Shown in pieces: positions 1 through 9,300 of a stretch of DNA of 64,000 bases (positions within the stretch are counted from its first letter, which is position 1; every line of letters starts with the position of its first letter). The notes beneath the pieces were generated by a model, which saw only the letters and a list, made by a program, of their open reading frames with translations, was not told where the DNA came from and made no database searches. The position numbers were made by a program, and so were the translations under genes. The stretch is taken from positions 7,110-71,109 of the forward strand of contig JANOHI010000012.1 of assembly GCA_031406385.1 (NCBI GenBank). Direction: 5' to 3'. The DNA comes from Acidimicrobiia bacterium. Lineage in GTDB: Bacteria > Actinomycetota > Acidimicrobiia > Acidimicrobiales > JANYDT01.

Positions 1-2
1 CC

Positions 3-941
3 TTGACGCGCCGCATCGCCGCTGATAACGGGCTTGGCGAGAAAGTCCACCATCATCACGCTCGGTCGACCGAGATCGCCCTCGACCGGCTGGCCGATGT
101 GGTTGTCTGCGATCAGATCGGCGGCCTCGTGCACGACGCCGGGATCCTTCGGTTCTTTGCCGATGCGCGCAAGCGTCTGTCATCACCCGGGGCAACGCTC
201 GTACCCGCTTCGTTCCGGATCTACCTCGCTCCGGCGTGTTTCGACGAGGGCCGCGAGGCAGTCGAGTTCTGGTCCTCACGACCGGGCAACATCGATGTCT
301 CCGCCGCACGTGTGTTCGCCGTTAACACCGAGTGGCACTATGCACGAGTCGCGGGTTCGTTTCCGCTGGCCGACGGAGCCGGCATTGCCGAGTTCTCTTC
401 CGATCACGACGAACCGATCTCGGGGAAAGCAACCTTCACCATTCATACCAAAGGGCGTATGGATGGTCTGATGGGTTGGTTCGACGCTCAGATGTCGCCG
501 TCGGTTCGGCTGAGCAATGACCCTTGGTCGCCCGAGCGCTTCGACAGGTGGTGCAATTTCTACCCGATCGAATCATCTGTCGATCTCACACCTGGCGACC
601 GAGTGGAGGTCTCGCTCGAAATCCGACCGAAGCTCAACCTCGTTGCCTGGGACATCACGGTCCGGCCCGAAGGTGGGCAAGCACAGCGATTCCGCCATTC
701 CACGCTCACCGGCACCTTCGTCACCAGAGCCTCGTTCGATCGACGGACCGAGGAGAAGGCTCCGGTACCGTCGGGCCGAGTGGAGATTGTGCGCGAGGTC
801 CTTGCCTTCATCGATGGAAGTCGTTCCCGGGCGGACATCGTGCAGGCGCTCGCTGGTCGAGTGGGTACCGACTTCTCAACGGAAGCGCAGCTGGACAGGT
901 TTGTGGGCAACTGCATTGAGCTCACGAGAGCGTTGACGTGA
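3..941 (+). CDS. PRMT-like class I SAM-dependent methyltransferase (5' end cut by window edge) with a C-terminal PqqD/RRE-like winged-helix extension
   Basis: The ORF is open from the window edge. Segments LADVVVCDQIGGLV, GATLVPASFRIYLAPA and DRWCNFYPIESSVDLTPGDRVEVSLEIRP align by eye with the post-I/double-E region, the following strand and the THW-loop/beta-barrel of protein arginine methyltransferases. The last ~55 aa (EIVREVLAFIDGSRSRADIVQALAGRVG..AQLDRFV) resemble the helical half of PqqD-type recognition elements. Confidence 0.6.
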   Translation: MTRRIAADNGLGEKVHHHHARSTEIALDRLADVVVCDQIGGLVHDAGILRFFADARKRLSSPGATLVPASFRIYLAPACFDEGREAVEFWSSRPGNIDVSAARVFAVNTEWHYARVAGSFPLADGAGIAEFSSDHDEPISGKATFTIHTKGRMDGLMGWFDAQMSPSVRLSNDPWSPERFDRWCNFYPIESSVDLTPGDRVEVSLEIRPKLNLVAWDITVRPEGGQAQRFRHSTLTGTFVTRASFDRRTEEKAPVPSGRVEIVREVLAFIDGSRSRADIVQALAGRVGTDFSTEAQLDRFVGNCIELTRALT

Positions 942-963
942 TCGTTCGCCGGCGGCGGTAGCA

Positions 964-1869
964 GTGAGAGTCGACGCCACGGTCATCGGCGCCGGTGGAG
1001 TTCACATCGCGCAACGCGGCGCAGCTGCTCCCGAGCGGAAGGGCGCGCTCCGTGTGGGTCCCGTCGCCGCTGTTCGTCAGCCGATCGACGCCCCGATCGA
1101 ATCGCAGCGCGCAGACCATGTCGTGTGGCGTCGCCTCTGGGCAGGCTCTGGTCGCCTGGTCATCGACTTTGTAGGACTTGCGATCGTGCAGATCGACGAT
1201 GCTGACGGACTGGTGACGTTCGACCGCGCCTTGCCTGCCGACGTTGAGCAACATCTTCTGCTCGATCAGGTACTGCCCCTCGTGCTCGCACGGCGCGGAC
1301 ACCTCGTGTTGCATGGGGCACTGATCAGCCTTGCGGGACGCGGGGTCGTGCTCATCGGCGCATCAGGCGCGGGAAAGTCGACTCTCTCTGCGTTTGCGTG
1401 GACGCGGGGTTGGTCGGTCGGGGGAGATGACGGAACTGTTCTCAGCACAACTCGGCCGCCTCGCGCCGAGCCAACGTACGCCACCGTGCGCCTCACGGAC
1501 GAAGGCGCAGCTCTCCTGGGATTCGACCAAAGTGGGGCGCCCACCGTCGTTGGGAAGACTCGCTTCCAAGGAGATTCGGAGCGTGGACTGCTGTCAGACA
1601 GCGTCACGGTCGATCTGATCGCGGCCATTGAGCCGACGACCGACGGCTCCGCTGCTCGGATGGAATCCATCCGCGGAGTTGCTGCCCATGCGATGCTTTT
1701 TTCATCGACGTTCCATGCCGACGTCGCGATAACGGGCAATCTGCCGACGGTCATGGCTGACCTCGGCCACGTCGTCGAGACGACACGGATTGGGCGGTTG
1801 TTCGTGCCCCGCGGAATTGACGGCCTATCGGCTGCGGAACGCGTTCTGCGCCTCGAGCTCGCGCGCTGA
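964..1869 (+). CDS. HprK-related kinase-like P-loop protein (lasso-cluster kinase type), copy 1
   Basis: A GTG start lies 22 nt after the previous stop. The P-loop GASGAGKSTLSAF followed by GGDDG matches the HPr-kinase C-terminal domain layout. The stop overlaps the next start (TGATG at 1867-1871). Confidence 0.7.
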   Translation: MRVDATVIGAGGVHIAQRGAAAPERKGALRVGPVAAVRQPIDAPIESQRADHVVWRRLWAGSGRLVIDFVGLAIVQIDDADGLVTFDRALPADVEQHLLLDQVLPLVLARRGHLVLHGALISLAGRGVVLIGASGAGKSTLSAFAWTRGWSVGGDDGTVLSTTRPPRAEPTYATVRLTDEGAALLGFDQSGAPTVVGKTRFQGDSERGLLSDSVTVDLIAAIEPTTDGSAARMESIRGVAAHAMLFSSTFHADVAITGNLPTVMADLGHVVETTRIGRLFVPRGIDGLSAAERVLRLELAR

Positions 1870-2327
1870 TGTTGTTGCCGCGTTGGGTGGCCGTCAAACG
1901 ATTCGTCCACGAACTATCCAAAACGACCCGGATGAGCGCGGTCCGCGCCGTCGGCGATGGATGCGTTGTCGCCGTCACGATGAAGCGCCGGGGAGTGCGA
2001 CCACTTCTGACCGGTTTGGGCAGTCGCGGCGACGTCATCGATCCGCTCCGGGCACGGCGTGTCGCCCACGCGGCTGATGCGGGGCTGGGCCTCGTTCCCG
2101 TGCGCCCGACCTGTCTGCGACGCTCCTTGGTGCTGCTTCGGGAGTTGCGGCGGCTCGGGCTGGCCGGGACCTTGCATGTCGGCGTGAGGAGCGAGAATGG
2201 AGTGGTGCTGGCGCATGCGTGGATACAGGTCGGCGACGAAGTGGTCAACGATGACCGCGCAGTCACGGACCGTTTCTCGTCGATCGCAGCCGGGGAGCTC
2301 GAAGACCTTCTGCCCCGGTTCACATGA
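1869..2327 (+). CDS. lasso peptide biosynthesis B2 protein (transglutaminase-like leader peptidase), copy 1
   Basis: 152 aa. The Cys/His/Asp signature PTCLRRSL...LAHAWIQVGDEVVNDD is typical of lasso B2 proteases. An ATGA overlap with the cyclase gene lies at 2324-2327. Confidence 0.85.
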   Translation: MLLPRWVAVKRFVHELSKTTRMSAVRAVGDGCVVAVTMKRRGVRPLLTGLGSRGDVIDPLRARRVAHAADAGLGLVPVRPTCLRRSLVLLRELRRLGLAGTLHVGVRSENGVVLAHAWIQVGDEVVNDDRAVTDRFSSIAAGELEDLLPRFT

Positions 2328-4048
2328 GCTTCACGATCGCGACGGCGCGGGGGAGCCGGGCCGTGGAGGCGCTGAGGACCACCAACGCCCAGCAGGTGGA
2401 CCAGGGAAGTGTCGCCGTTGTGCAGCACGGAGACGCGGCGGTCGCGTGGTCGACGACCTGTCTTTGGGTCGACGTTCACGACGACGGCGACGTGCTCGTT
2501 CTGGTTGACGGCATCTTTCACGGCCAGATCGCCCGACGTGGGCGCGCGGCAGCGGTTGCCGAGCGTTTTCGGGCCGTCGGTGACCGCTTCGCCGCCGGTC
2601 TTCTTGGCGATTTCGTCGTCGTCGTGCTCGACAAGAACCGACGACGCATGCTGGAGGCCAGGGATCCCCTGGGCGTACGACCCTGGTATCAGTCCGACAG
2701 CGGCCGTCTGCACGCTGCCGCATCTGACGTTGCGTCGCTCGTCAACCTCTCCTGGGTGAACACGCAGATCAACGAACGACAGGCGATCGAATATCTCGCG
2801 AATGTCTGGCTGAGCCGTGGCGAAACGCTGTATGCCGGCGTCCGGACGCTCGCGCCCGGCGCCACGTGGGTGTCGCGGACGGACGGAGGCGACACGTTCG
2901 CGCACCATCGTTGGGATGTGGAGCCCGATGTTGCCATCACTTGGGACGATGCCGCAGAACGGTGCCGGTCCGTGCTGGATGAGGTCGTGAAGGATCGATT
3001 GGATGGATCGTTCCCGGCGACATGCGAGCTGAGCGGCGGTCTCGATTCGTCAGCAGTTGTCGGAACCGTTGTTGGCTTGGACCAACCCGATCTTTTGGCG
3101 GGCAGGCTGCTGTTCGACGGACCGACTGCCGACGAACGGGAATACTCGACTGCCGTGATCGACCACTGGCACGTGGACTCGATTGGGATGCCGCCGTGGA
3201 TACCGACGCCTGCGGAATGGGACCAATTGACGCGTCAGCTCTGTCGACCTGCTCCGGCGCCGAACTTCGTGATGTTCGAAGGCCTGCATGGAGCCATGCT
3301 TGCCAAGGGCCGCCCGGAATGCCTGACAGGGCTCGGTGGCGACGACGCGTTTGTCGCCATGGGGAACGGGAGCCGGATCGTCAGCTCGTTCCAATTGCGT
3401 CAATACAGAACGTTGCGCCAAGTCGCTGCCTGGACGGTGCGCAATCCGCGCGAGTCGTGGCGTGAGGCCGTTCGTCCGACGTTGCGTCGCTTCTTTCCCA
3501 ACGACAGCACGCCTCCGTGGGTTCGTAAGGAGGCCGCCGAAGAGGCCGGAATCACCGAACTGCTCCGGCAGCGACCCCGCGCTGTCAGCGGCATCGCCGC
3601 CATCGACGAGCGCCTCGCCAACGTGACATCGGGGTATGACGCCTCGATCCTGGAAGAAGCGGCGGCCATTCAGGATGTGACCGGCCGTCGAGCCTCACAC
3701 CCGTTCCTCGACCCTCGAATGATTACGGCGACTTACGGCCTCAATCCATGGTGGCCGACGTATGGGGGACATACCAGAGCGCTTGAGGTCGCGGCGTTCG
3801 CCGACCTCCTCCCCCCGCTCGTCAGCGGAAGGCGGACAAAAGCCGAGTTCTCCGAGGTCTTCTGGGCGCTGCGCCCGGACGAGGCTGAGGCTTTGAAACT
3901 CCGCGACGGAGTGCTAGCGGCCGCCGGTTGGCTCGATCGGACAGGCTTTGATGCGCTGTTGCGCAGCGCCTACGCCGGCGACCCATGGTCTGCGATACCA
4001 CTTGCCCAGTGTGTTGCCTTGGACCGGTGGCTGACACAAACCCTGTAG
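2324..4048 (+). CDS. lasso cyclase (asparagine synthetase B-like, McjC type), full length
   Basis: 574 aa. It carries the PP-loop motif CELSGGLDSSAVVG. The N-terminal domain is present but lacks the Cys2 glutaminase nucleophile (MSFTIA..), as in lasso cyclases. Confidence 0.85.
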   Translation: MSFTIATARGSRAVEALRTTNAQQVDQGSVAVVQHGDAAVAWSTTCLWVDVHDDGDVLVLVDGIFHGQIARRGRAAAVAERFRAVGDRFAAGLLGDFVVVVLDKNRRRMLEARDPLGVRPWYQSDSGRLHAAASDVASLVNLSWVNTQINERQAIEYLANVWLSRGETLYAGVRTLAPGATWVSRTDGGDTFAHHRWDVEPDVAITWDDAAERCRSVLDEVVKDRLDGSFPATCELSGGLDSSAVVGTVVGLDQPDLLAGRLLFDGPTADEREYSTAVIDHWHVDSIGMPPWIPTPAEWDQLTRQLCRPAPAPNFVMFEGLHGAMLAKGRPECLTGLGGDDAFVAMGNGSRIVSSFQLRQYRTLRQVAAWTVRNPRESWREAVRPTLRRFFPNDSTPPWVRKEAAEEAGITELLRQRPRAVSGIAAIDERLANVTSGYDASILEEAAAIQDVTGRRASHPFLDPRMITATYGLNPWWPTYGGHTRALEVAAFADLLPPLVSGRRTKAEFSEVFWALRPDEAEALKLRDGVLAAAGWLDRTGFDALLRSAYAGDPWSAIPLAQCVALDRWLTQTL

Positions 4049-4076
4049 GAGTCAGCGAGACGACGGTAATTGTCGG

Positions 4077-4220
4077 CTACGGCCCGCTTTGGCCACAGTC
4101 GCTCATTCCGCCGACCTGAGTGACGTTCATACCGCCGCCGTCCGGGCAGCTGCCGCCCTGACCAAGGGTGAGGCTGCTGAGGGTACCGAACCGCTTCAGT
4201 GTGGGTGTCTTATATACCAT
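4077..4220 (-). CDS. lasso precursor peptide A1 (47 aa: MVYKTPTLKRFGTLSSLTL / GQGGSCPDGGGMNVTQVGGMSDCGQSGP)
   Basis: This is an internal ATG (4220) of the 74-aa ORF, with GGAG 6 nt upstream (4227-4230). The leader fits YxxPxLx3Gx5Tx exactly (Y3,P6,L8,G12,T18). The core starts with Gly and has Asp at position 8. It lies between the cyclase and ABC exporter genes. Confidence 0.75.
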   Translation of the reverse strand: MVYKTPTLKRFGTLSSLTLGQGGSCPDGGGMNVTQVGGMSDCGQSGP

Positions 4221-4327
4221 GAGAGTCTCCTGGTCGACGATGATGAAACGACCATACCTGAACCGGCCACTCTCCGCAACTGATTTTTGTTGTTCAAGCA
4301 CACACTGCGTTCCGACGCAGCCTCATA

Positions 4328-6280
4328 TCAGACCGGCTGTTCGGGCTGGTAGGCCGCCGCCTGGAGATTGAACAACCGGGCGTAGGTGCCATCGAGTTCG
4401 AGCAGCGCCCGATGCGTTCCCGACTCCACGATGTGTCCGGCGTCCAACACATAGATGCGGTCGGCGCTCGAGACGGTGCTGAACCGATGGGAGATCACAA
4501 TGACGGCCTTGCCCGCGCACAGCTGCCGAAGGCTGCCGAACAGCGCGGCTTCAGCGTCGGGGTCAAGCGACGATGACGGTTCGTCCAAGACGACCAGTGC
4601 AGCCTTGCGGAAGAAGGCTCGGGCAATTGCGACCCGCTGCCATTGGCCCAACGAGAGGTCGCGTCCGCCCGTGAACTGGGGGGCAAGAAGTGTGTCGTAT
4701 CCGGCCGGGAATTCCTCGAGGAAGTCAGCCGCTCCGGCGTCGCGTGCGGCCTCCCTCACCGCTTCTCGATCATCGGCGTGCTGCCACCGCCCGAAGCCGA
4801 TGTTCTCCGCTGCCGAGAAGAAGAAGCGGGTGTAGTCCTGGAAGACGAAGGCCACATGTTCGCGGACGCTCACGTCGTCCATCTGCTGAACATCTGAACC
4901 GTTCCACGACACCGTTCCGCGGTCTGCGACATACAGGCCGCCGAGCAGCTTGGCGAGGGTGGTCTTTCCAGACCCATTGGCCCCGACCAGTGCGATGACT
5001 TCACCCGTTCGAACGGTGACGTTCACGTCGACGACAGCGTCGTTCGGAGCATTGGGATAGCGAAACCCGAGTCGGTCGCTGCGAACGGTGAGCGGTTCGT
5101 CGGCGGCAAGATCGAAATGTGCTCGAGCGCTCATCTCGGCCTGACGATTGGCGGCGTCGCCGAGGAATCGGTCGACCTCGTGGAGGAAGGTTGTGCACTC
5201 GAAGATCATGCCGAATCCGCCGATGAGTGATTGCGCTCGTTGCGCCAAGAGCACGATGGCAGCGGCAGCGACCGCACTTTCGGCGATGGTAATCGTGCCC
5301 TCGTCGAGGAGGCGGATGAGGATCGCAAGCGTGCCGCCCATCACCACTGCGCTGATCAGCCGAGCGATCGTTCCGATCGCGAAGCGGCGGCGCCCAACTT
5401 CGCGAAGCCGCTTGATTCGGGCCGACCACAGCCCTGAGTGTCGGCTGGTGAGGTACGACGCAAGGTTGTAGCCCCGGACCTCCTTGGCGGTGTCCTTCTG
5501 ACTCAAGAGGTGAAGGAGGTAGTGGCGCTGTCGCGAGACTTCGGTCTGCTCGACCTCGAAATCGATGTTCAACAGTGTTGCCGCACGCGTCGCCAGCACG
5601 ATCGGAAGCGATCCCGCAAGGGCCACGAACAACAGCGCGGGTTGGATCATCGCCAGCGTGATGGCCACGGCAACCATGGCCAGCAGCGACCCGACCATGC
5701 CGATCAACGCCGTTGCGAGTTGCATAGGCCGAAACGTCGAGTTGGCGAGGACTCGCTCGAGCCGGTTGTGAAACGCCGAGCGGTCGAAGTCGATCAGGTC
5801 GGCTGCGGACGCAGCGCGCACAACGTCCTCCTGTGCCTCGCGAGCGAGCAGATCGGTGACCACCTTTTGCAGCTCCCCGCGCGCCAAGTTGATGATCGCC
5901 GAGATCGTGAGCAGGACAACGACGACCATGGCCCATGGCAGAGCGTCGCCGGCATCGGCGGTCTTGCCGAGGTTGACAACTCTGGTGAGGAGTTGACGAA
6001 TCGCTAGGAGCTGAGCGGCCGCCAGCAGCGAGCTGACGAGCTGAAGGACGGCGACAGCGACGAACTCCCGCCTCGCGGCGCGCATGATCAACCGTAGGGA
6101 CGACCGGAGCAAGGCAGGGAACGCTCGGAGCGAGCGTTTCTGCCGAAGGTCGACGAGCTCGTCGTACGTGAAGGTGTCTAGGTCCAACGGTTCGGGTGCG
6201 GCCGCGGTAGTCGCGCCTGAGGAATTGGCCGAAGCATCCTCGGCAGTTCCGGAGACGCCGCTTTTCATAACGTTCGTCAC
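4328..6280 (-). CDS. ABC exporter, fused permease-ATPase (McjD-like lasso exporter candidate)
   Basis: 650 aa with a multi-TM N-terminal half. It carries Walker A GANGSGKTT, signature LSLGQWQRV and Walker B LVVLDEPSSSLD. Confidence 0.9.
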   Translation of the reverse strand: MTNVMKSGVSGTAEDASANSSGATTAAAPEPLDLDTFTYDELVDLRQKRSLRAFPALLRSSLRLIMRAARREFVAVAVLQLVSSLLAAAQLLAIRQLLTRVVNLGKTADAGDALPWAMVVVVLLTISAIINLARGELQKVVTDLLAREAQEDVVRAASAADLIDFDRSAFHNRLERVLANSTFRPMQLATALIGMVGSLLAMVAVAITLAMIQPALLFVALAGSLPIVLATRAATLLNIDFEVEQTEVSRQRHYLLHLLSQKDTAKEVRGYNLASYLTSRHSGLWSARIKRLREVGRRRFAIGTIARLISAVVMGGTLAILIRLLDEGTITIAESAVAAAAIVLLAQRAQSLIGGFGMIFECTTFLHEVDRFLGDAANRQAEMSARAHFDLAADEPLTVRSDRLGFRYPNAPNDAVVDVNVTVRTGEVIALVGANGSGKTTLAKLLGGLYVADRGTVSWNGSDVQQMDDVSVREHVAFVFQDYTRFFFSAAENIGFGRWQHADDREAVREAARDAGAADFLEEFPAGYDTLLAPQFTGGRDLSLGQWQRVAIARAFFRKAALVVLDEPSSSLDPDAEAALFGSLRQLCAGKAVIVISHRFSTVSSADRIYVLDAGHIVESGTHRALLELDGTYARLFNLQAAAYQPEQPV

Positions 6281-6399
6281 GGTAGTTCACGAAGGTCGAA
6301 TGGCACAGGCGACGGGAACCCGAGGAATGAGCAGCCGTGCCTCTTAAGTGAAGAGCGGGTGTCGCCGATGTTGCCTTCACCTGCGTTGGAACGAGTGGT

Positions 6400-9300
6400 A
6401 TGAGCATCGATAGGCGAACCGGAAACCCACTGTCGAAAGCGCCGAGAGGCCTATGGCTCGGTGTGATCACCTTGGTTGCCCTGGCCACGCTCATTCCTGT
6501 CATTGACTCAATCGTCAGCACAGTTCGCGTCTCCGCAGCGGCGCCTGAGAGCACTCAGGCTTCACCGGCGGTGTTGACTCCCTCGCCCTATTCGGTCGCC
6601 CCATGCGGTGTGCTTCGTCCTGCAGATGAGCCCAGTTCCCCGACAATCGTTCTGAAACCCCGTGTCGTATCGGCGTCGATACGCCCCGATGCGATGGTGT
6701 CGTTCGACTCCGGCCTCGTCCTCGTCGATGGTGCAGGTTCGAAGATGATGGGACTCGCCACCGACGGTACGGTGCGCTGGTCCTATGCGACCAACACCGA
6801 TTCTTCAGCCGGGGATAGAGGTTCGCTCGCAGTCGACCCATCCGGTTCGACCTACCGGGTGAAGTACCCGAACGAAGTGCTGAAGCTGAGCCCGACCGGA
6901 CAAACGCTGTGGACCGCCACCCTCAGCTCGCCAATCGCACGAATCTTCGGAACAGTAGTGCAGGGAACGTGGCGTGTTGTAGTCGTCACTTCAACATCGA
7001 CCCGAGTGCTTTCGATGGCAGGCGCTGACGTTGGCTCAGCACCCGTCAGCGGACGCAGCTCTACACCGACCGGGGACGGCGGACTGTTGGTCAGCGACGG
7101 TACGTACGTCCGAAAGTACCGTCCATCATTCGTCCCTCAATCGGTGTTCGGGTCCCCATACAAGGACAACGACCCCATGCCTGAAGGGGCTCCGTTGCAC
7201 TTCTACCAGCAAGGTGACGCGGTCGAGCTGCTTGACGGCCGAATCCTCGTGGGCGACGGAGGTTGGGGAGTTTGGTTGGTGGACAGCCGAGGGCTCGTTC
7301 TCGGTCTCGTGCCCACCGCCGAGCTCGGTGGACTGACGGAACAGCCGAAACTCGTCATCATCGGAAGCGAGCTTTACTACACGGCGGGCGCCAAGTTCAC
7401 AAACGATCAAAAGGTGCTGGCGCTGCCGATCAGCGACCTTGTTGCCCGCGCCGTCCAAAATGGTGGAGGCGCCCGACTGGGTTTCGGAGCTGGGCTCGTT
7501 ACCTCGGTCGCAGGAAACTACTTCGCACCTGGATCGCCTGCGACGGTAGAGCTCGAGCTCGACGCATGGTGGGGGAGCATCGGCGCCGCAAGCCTCCAGT
7601 ACACCGTTCGTCGATCTTCCGAAGTGGCGGCCGACGCTCCCGCGATCACGCAATCCATGGCAATCGCGCCAGGAGCTCGGCAAGCGTTAGCGCTTCCACC
7701 GCCCGTTCCGGGAGCATACGAAGTGGATGCTCGTTTGCTCGTCGACGGAACACCGGTTGGAGCTACCTGCCTCCACTACGCGATCGGTGCACCGGGACAT
7801 TCACTGAACATGGCAACGCTTCCGCCCGGCGCAGATGCCGGTGGACCGAGTGGTCCCCGGGGTGTCGCTTTGGCTGATGAGCTCGGAACTGGCTCGCACC
7901 GGATTACGTTGCATTGGAACCGGTTGCTCGACCCCGCCGGCCTCACGACATTTGACAACTATGACGCCGAGATCAAGGCCGCCGCAGCCGAGTCGGCAAG
8001 GCGGGGAGTGCCATTTAGCGTTCAGCTGGGTGAGGGCGGCGTTGAACGAGCATTCGTCGACAACGGCACATGGGAGAACCGGACCCGCGAGGTCGTGGCT
8101 CATTGGGCGCCGTACGTCGACTATTGGGAGGCCTGGAACGAACCGAACATCACCTTCGGGTCAGCCGCGGCGTATGTGGATCAAGTTCTCGTACCCTTTC
8201 GGCGAGCTGTTCGAGCAGCAGATCCCGGGGCAAGAGTGATCGGCGGCTCTCCGGTCGGCATGTCGATTCAGTATTTTCGCGAGATTGGCCAGGCTGGCGG
8301 TTTCAATTCGATGGATATCGTGGCCATCCATCCATACACCGGGCACAATAGATCCTGGGAAGAGGAGGGCGTGCCGGGTCGGATCCAAGAGCTCAAGGCG
8401 ATTCTGACAAGTAACGGCAAGAGTGCGATGCCGATCTGGATAACCGAGTTTGCATTTTGGTCGAATGGTCCGGCCAACTGGTTCGCCCAAGCAGATAAGA
8501 GTGCGCGTGTTGTCATCTGGAACAAAGCACTGGCCAGCGGCGTGTGGCAGTATTTCCTCCCCGAAGGTAGTTGGGGAAATGATGGTGTGACGTTTTCGGC
8601 AATCGAGACCGGTGGCCCGGTGAAGCCAGCCGCTCTTGCGCTCATGGAGACGAAGAACCAATTGACTGGACGCACCTTCTCCGGGTGGATTACGACGAAC
8701 ACTCCGCACACCTATGCTGCCCGCTTCGGTCCGGCGCCCGGCGGGAACGATCAGTTGGTTGTGCTCTGGGCGGACGACCAATCGTTGGATGGCACGCTGA
8801 GCACCGATCGAGCGCTCGACGCAACGCTCATCGACCAGTACGGAGCGAGCGGACCCCTCGCCCTATCGGAAACGGAAACGAAGCTTACGTTCCGGTCATC
8901 GGTGCAGTATGTGCGACTTCCCGCCGACGCCGATCTGAGTATCAGCGCGGGGTCCGCATGGGGCAAGAACCTGGCCGCAACCGAGGCGGGCGGCGTGGCG
9001 GTCGCCTCGAGTAGCAGCCCTTGGAACCCGCCGTCGGCCGCCATCGACGGCATCGCTGACGCTCGCGGCGTTGGAGAATTCCCTGGTTCACCCGCGTGGG
9101 CGTCGGCGGTTGGCGATCCGCTGCCAACGTTGACGGTCACGTTGTCACCATCGGCTTCTGTGAACACGGTGTTGTTCTCGACTGCCGGTTTGGGGAGCGT
9201 GCTTTCCGGTGTGCGCGACATCGATGTTGAGGTCCAAGCGTCTGACGGCACGTGGGCGTATGTCGGCGGTGTGCGCGATCTGTTCTTCGAGCGCGCCTCT

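Noticed and set aside
1751-2908. A 385-aa ORF antisense to the kinase/B2/cyclase genes.
   Set aside because: It has no motifs and an Arg/Ser/Pro-rich composition. The plus-strand genes are well supported and translationally coupled.
4221-4301. A 27-codon upstream extension of the A1 precursor ORF (MLEQQKSVAESGRFRYGRFIIVDQETL).
   Set aside because: The internal ATG at 4220 has a well-placed GGAG. The 47-aa form matches lasso precursor length and motif spacing, and the extension covers an AT-rich, promoter-like stretch.
4270-4327. An AT-rich stretch with a hairpin (CTGCGT-cgga-ACGCAG) and a TTGAAC hexamer between the exporter stop and A1. I considered it as the A1 promoter or an exporter terminator.
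   Set aside because: No convincing -10 element lies at proper spacing, and no U-run follows the hairpin on the transcribed strand. It is plausible but not demonstrable from sequence alone.
5001-6554. A 517-aa ORF overlapping the ABC exporter gene in another frame.
   Set aside because: Its translation is Arg-rich and low in complexity. The exporter frame carries the Walker A/B and signature motifs, so this is a shadow ORF.
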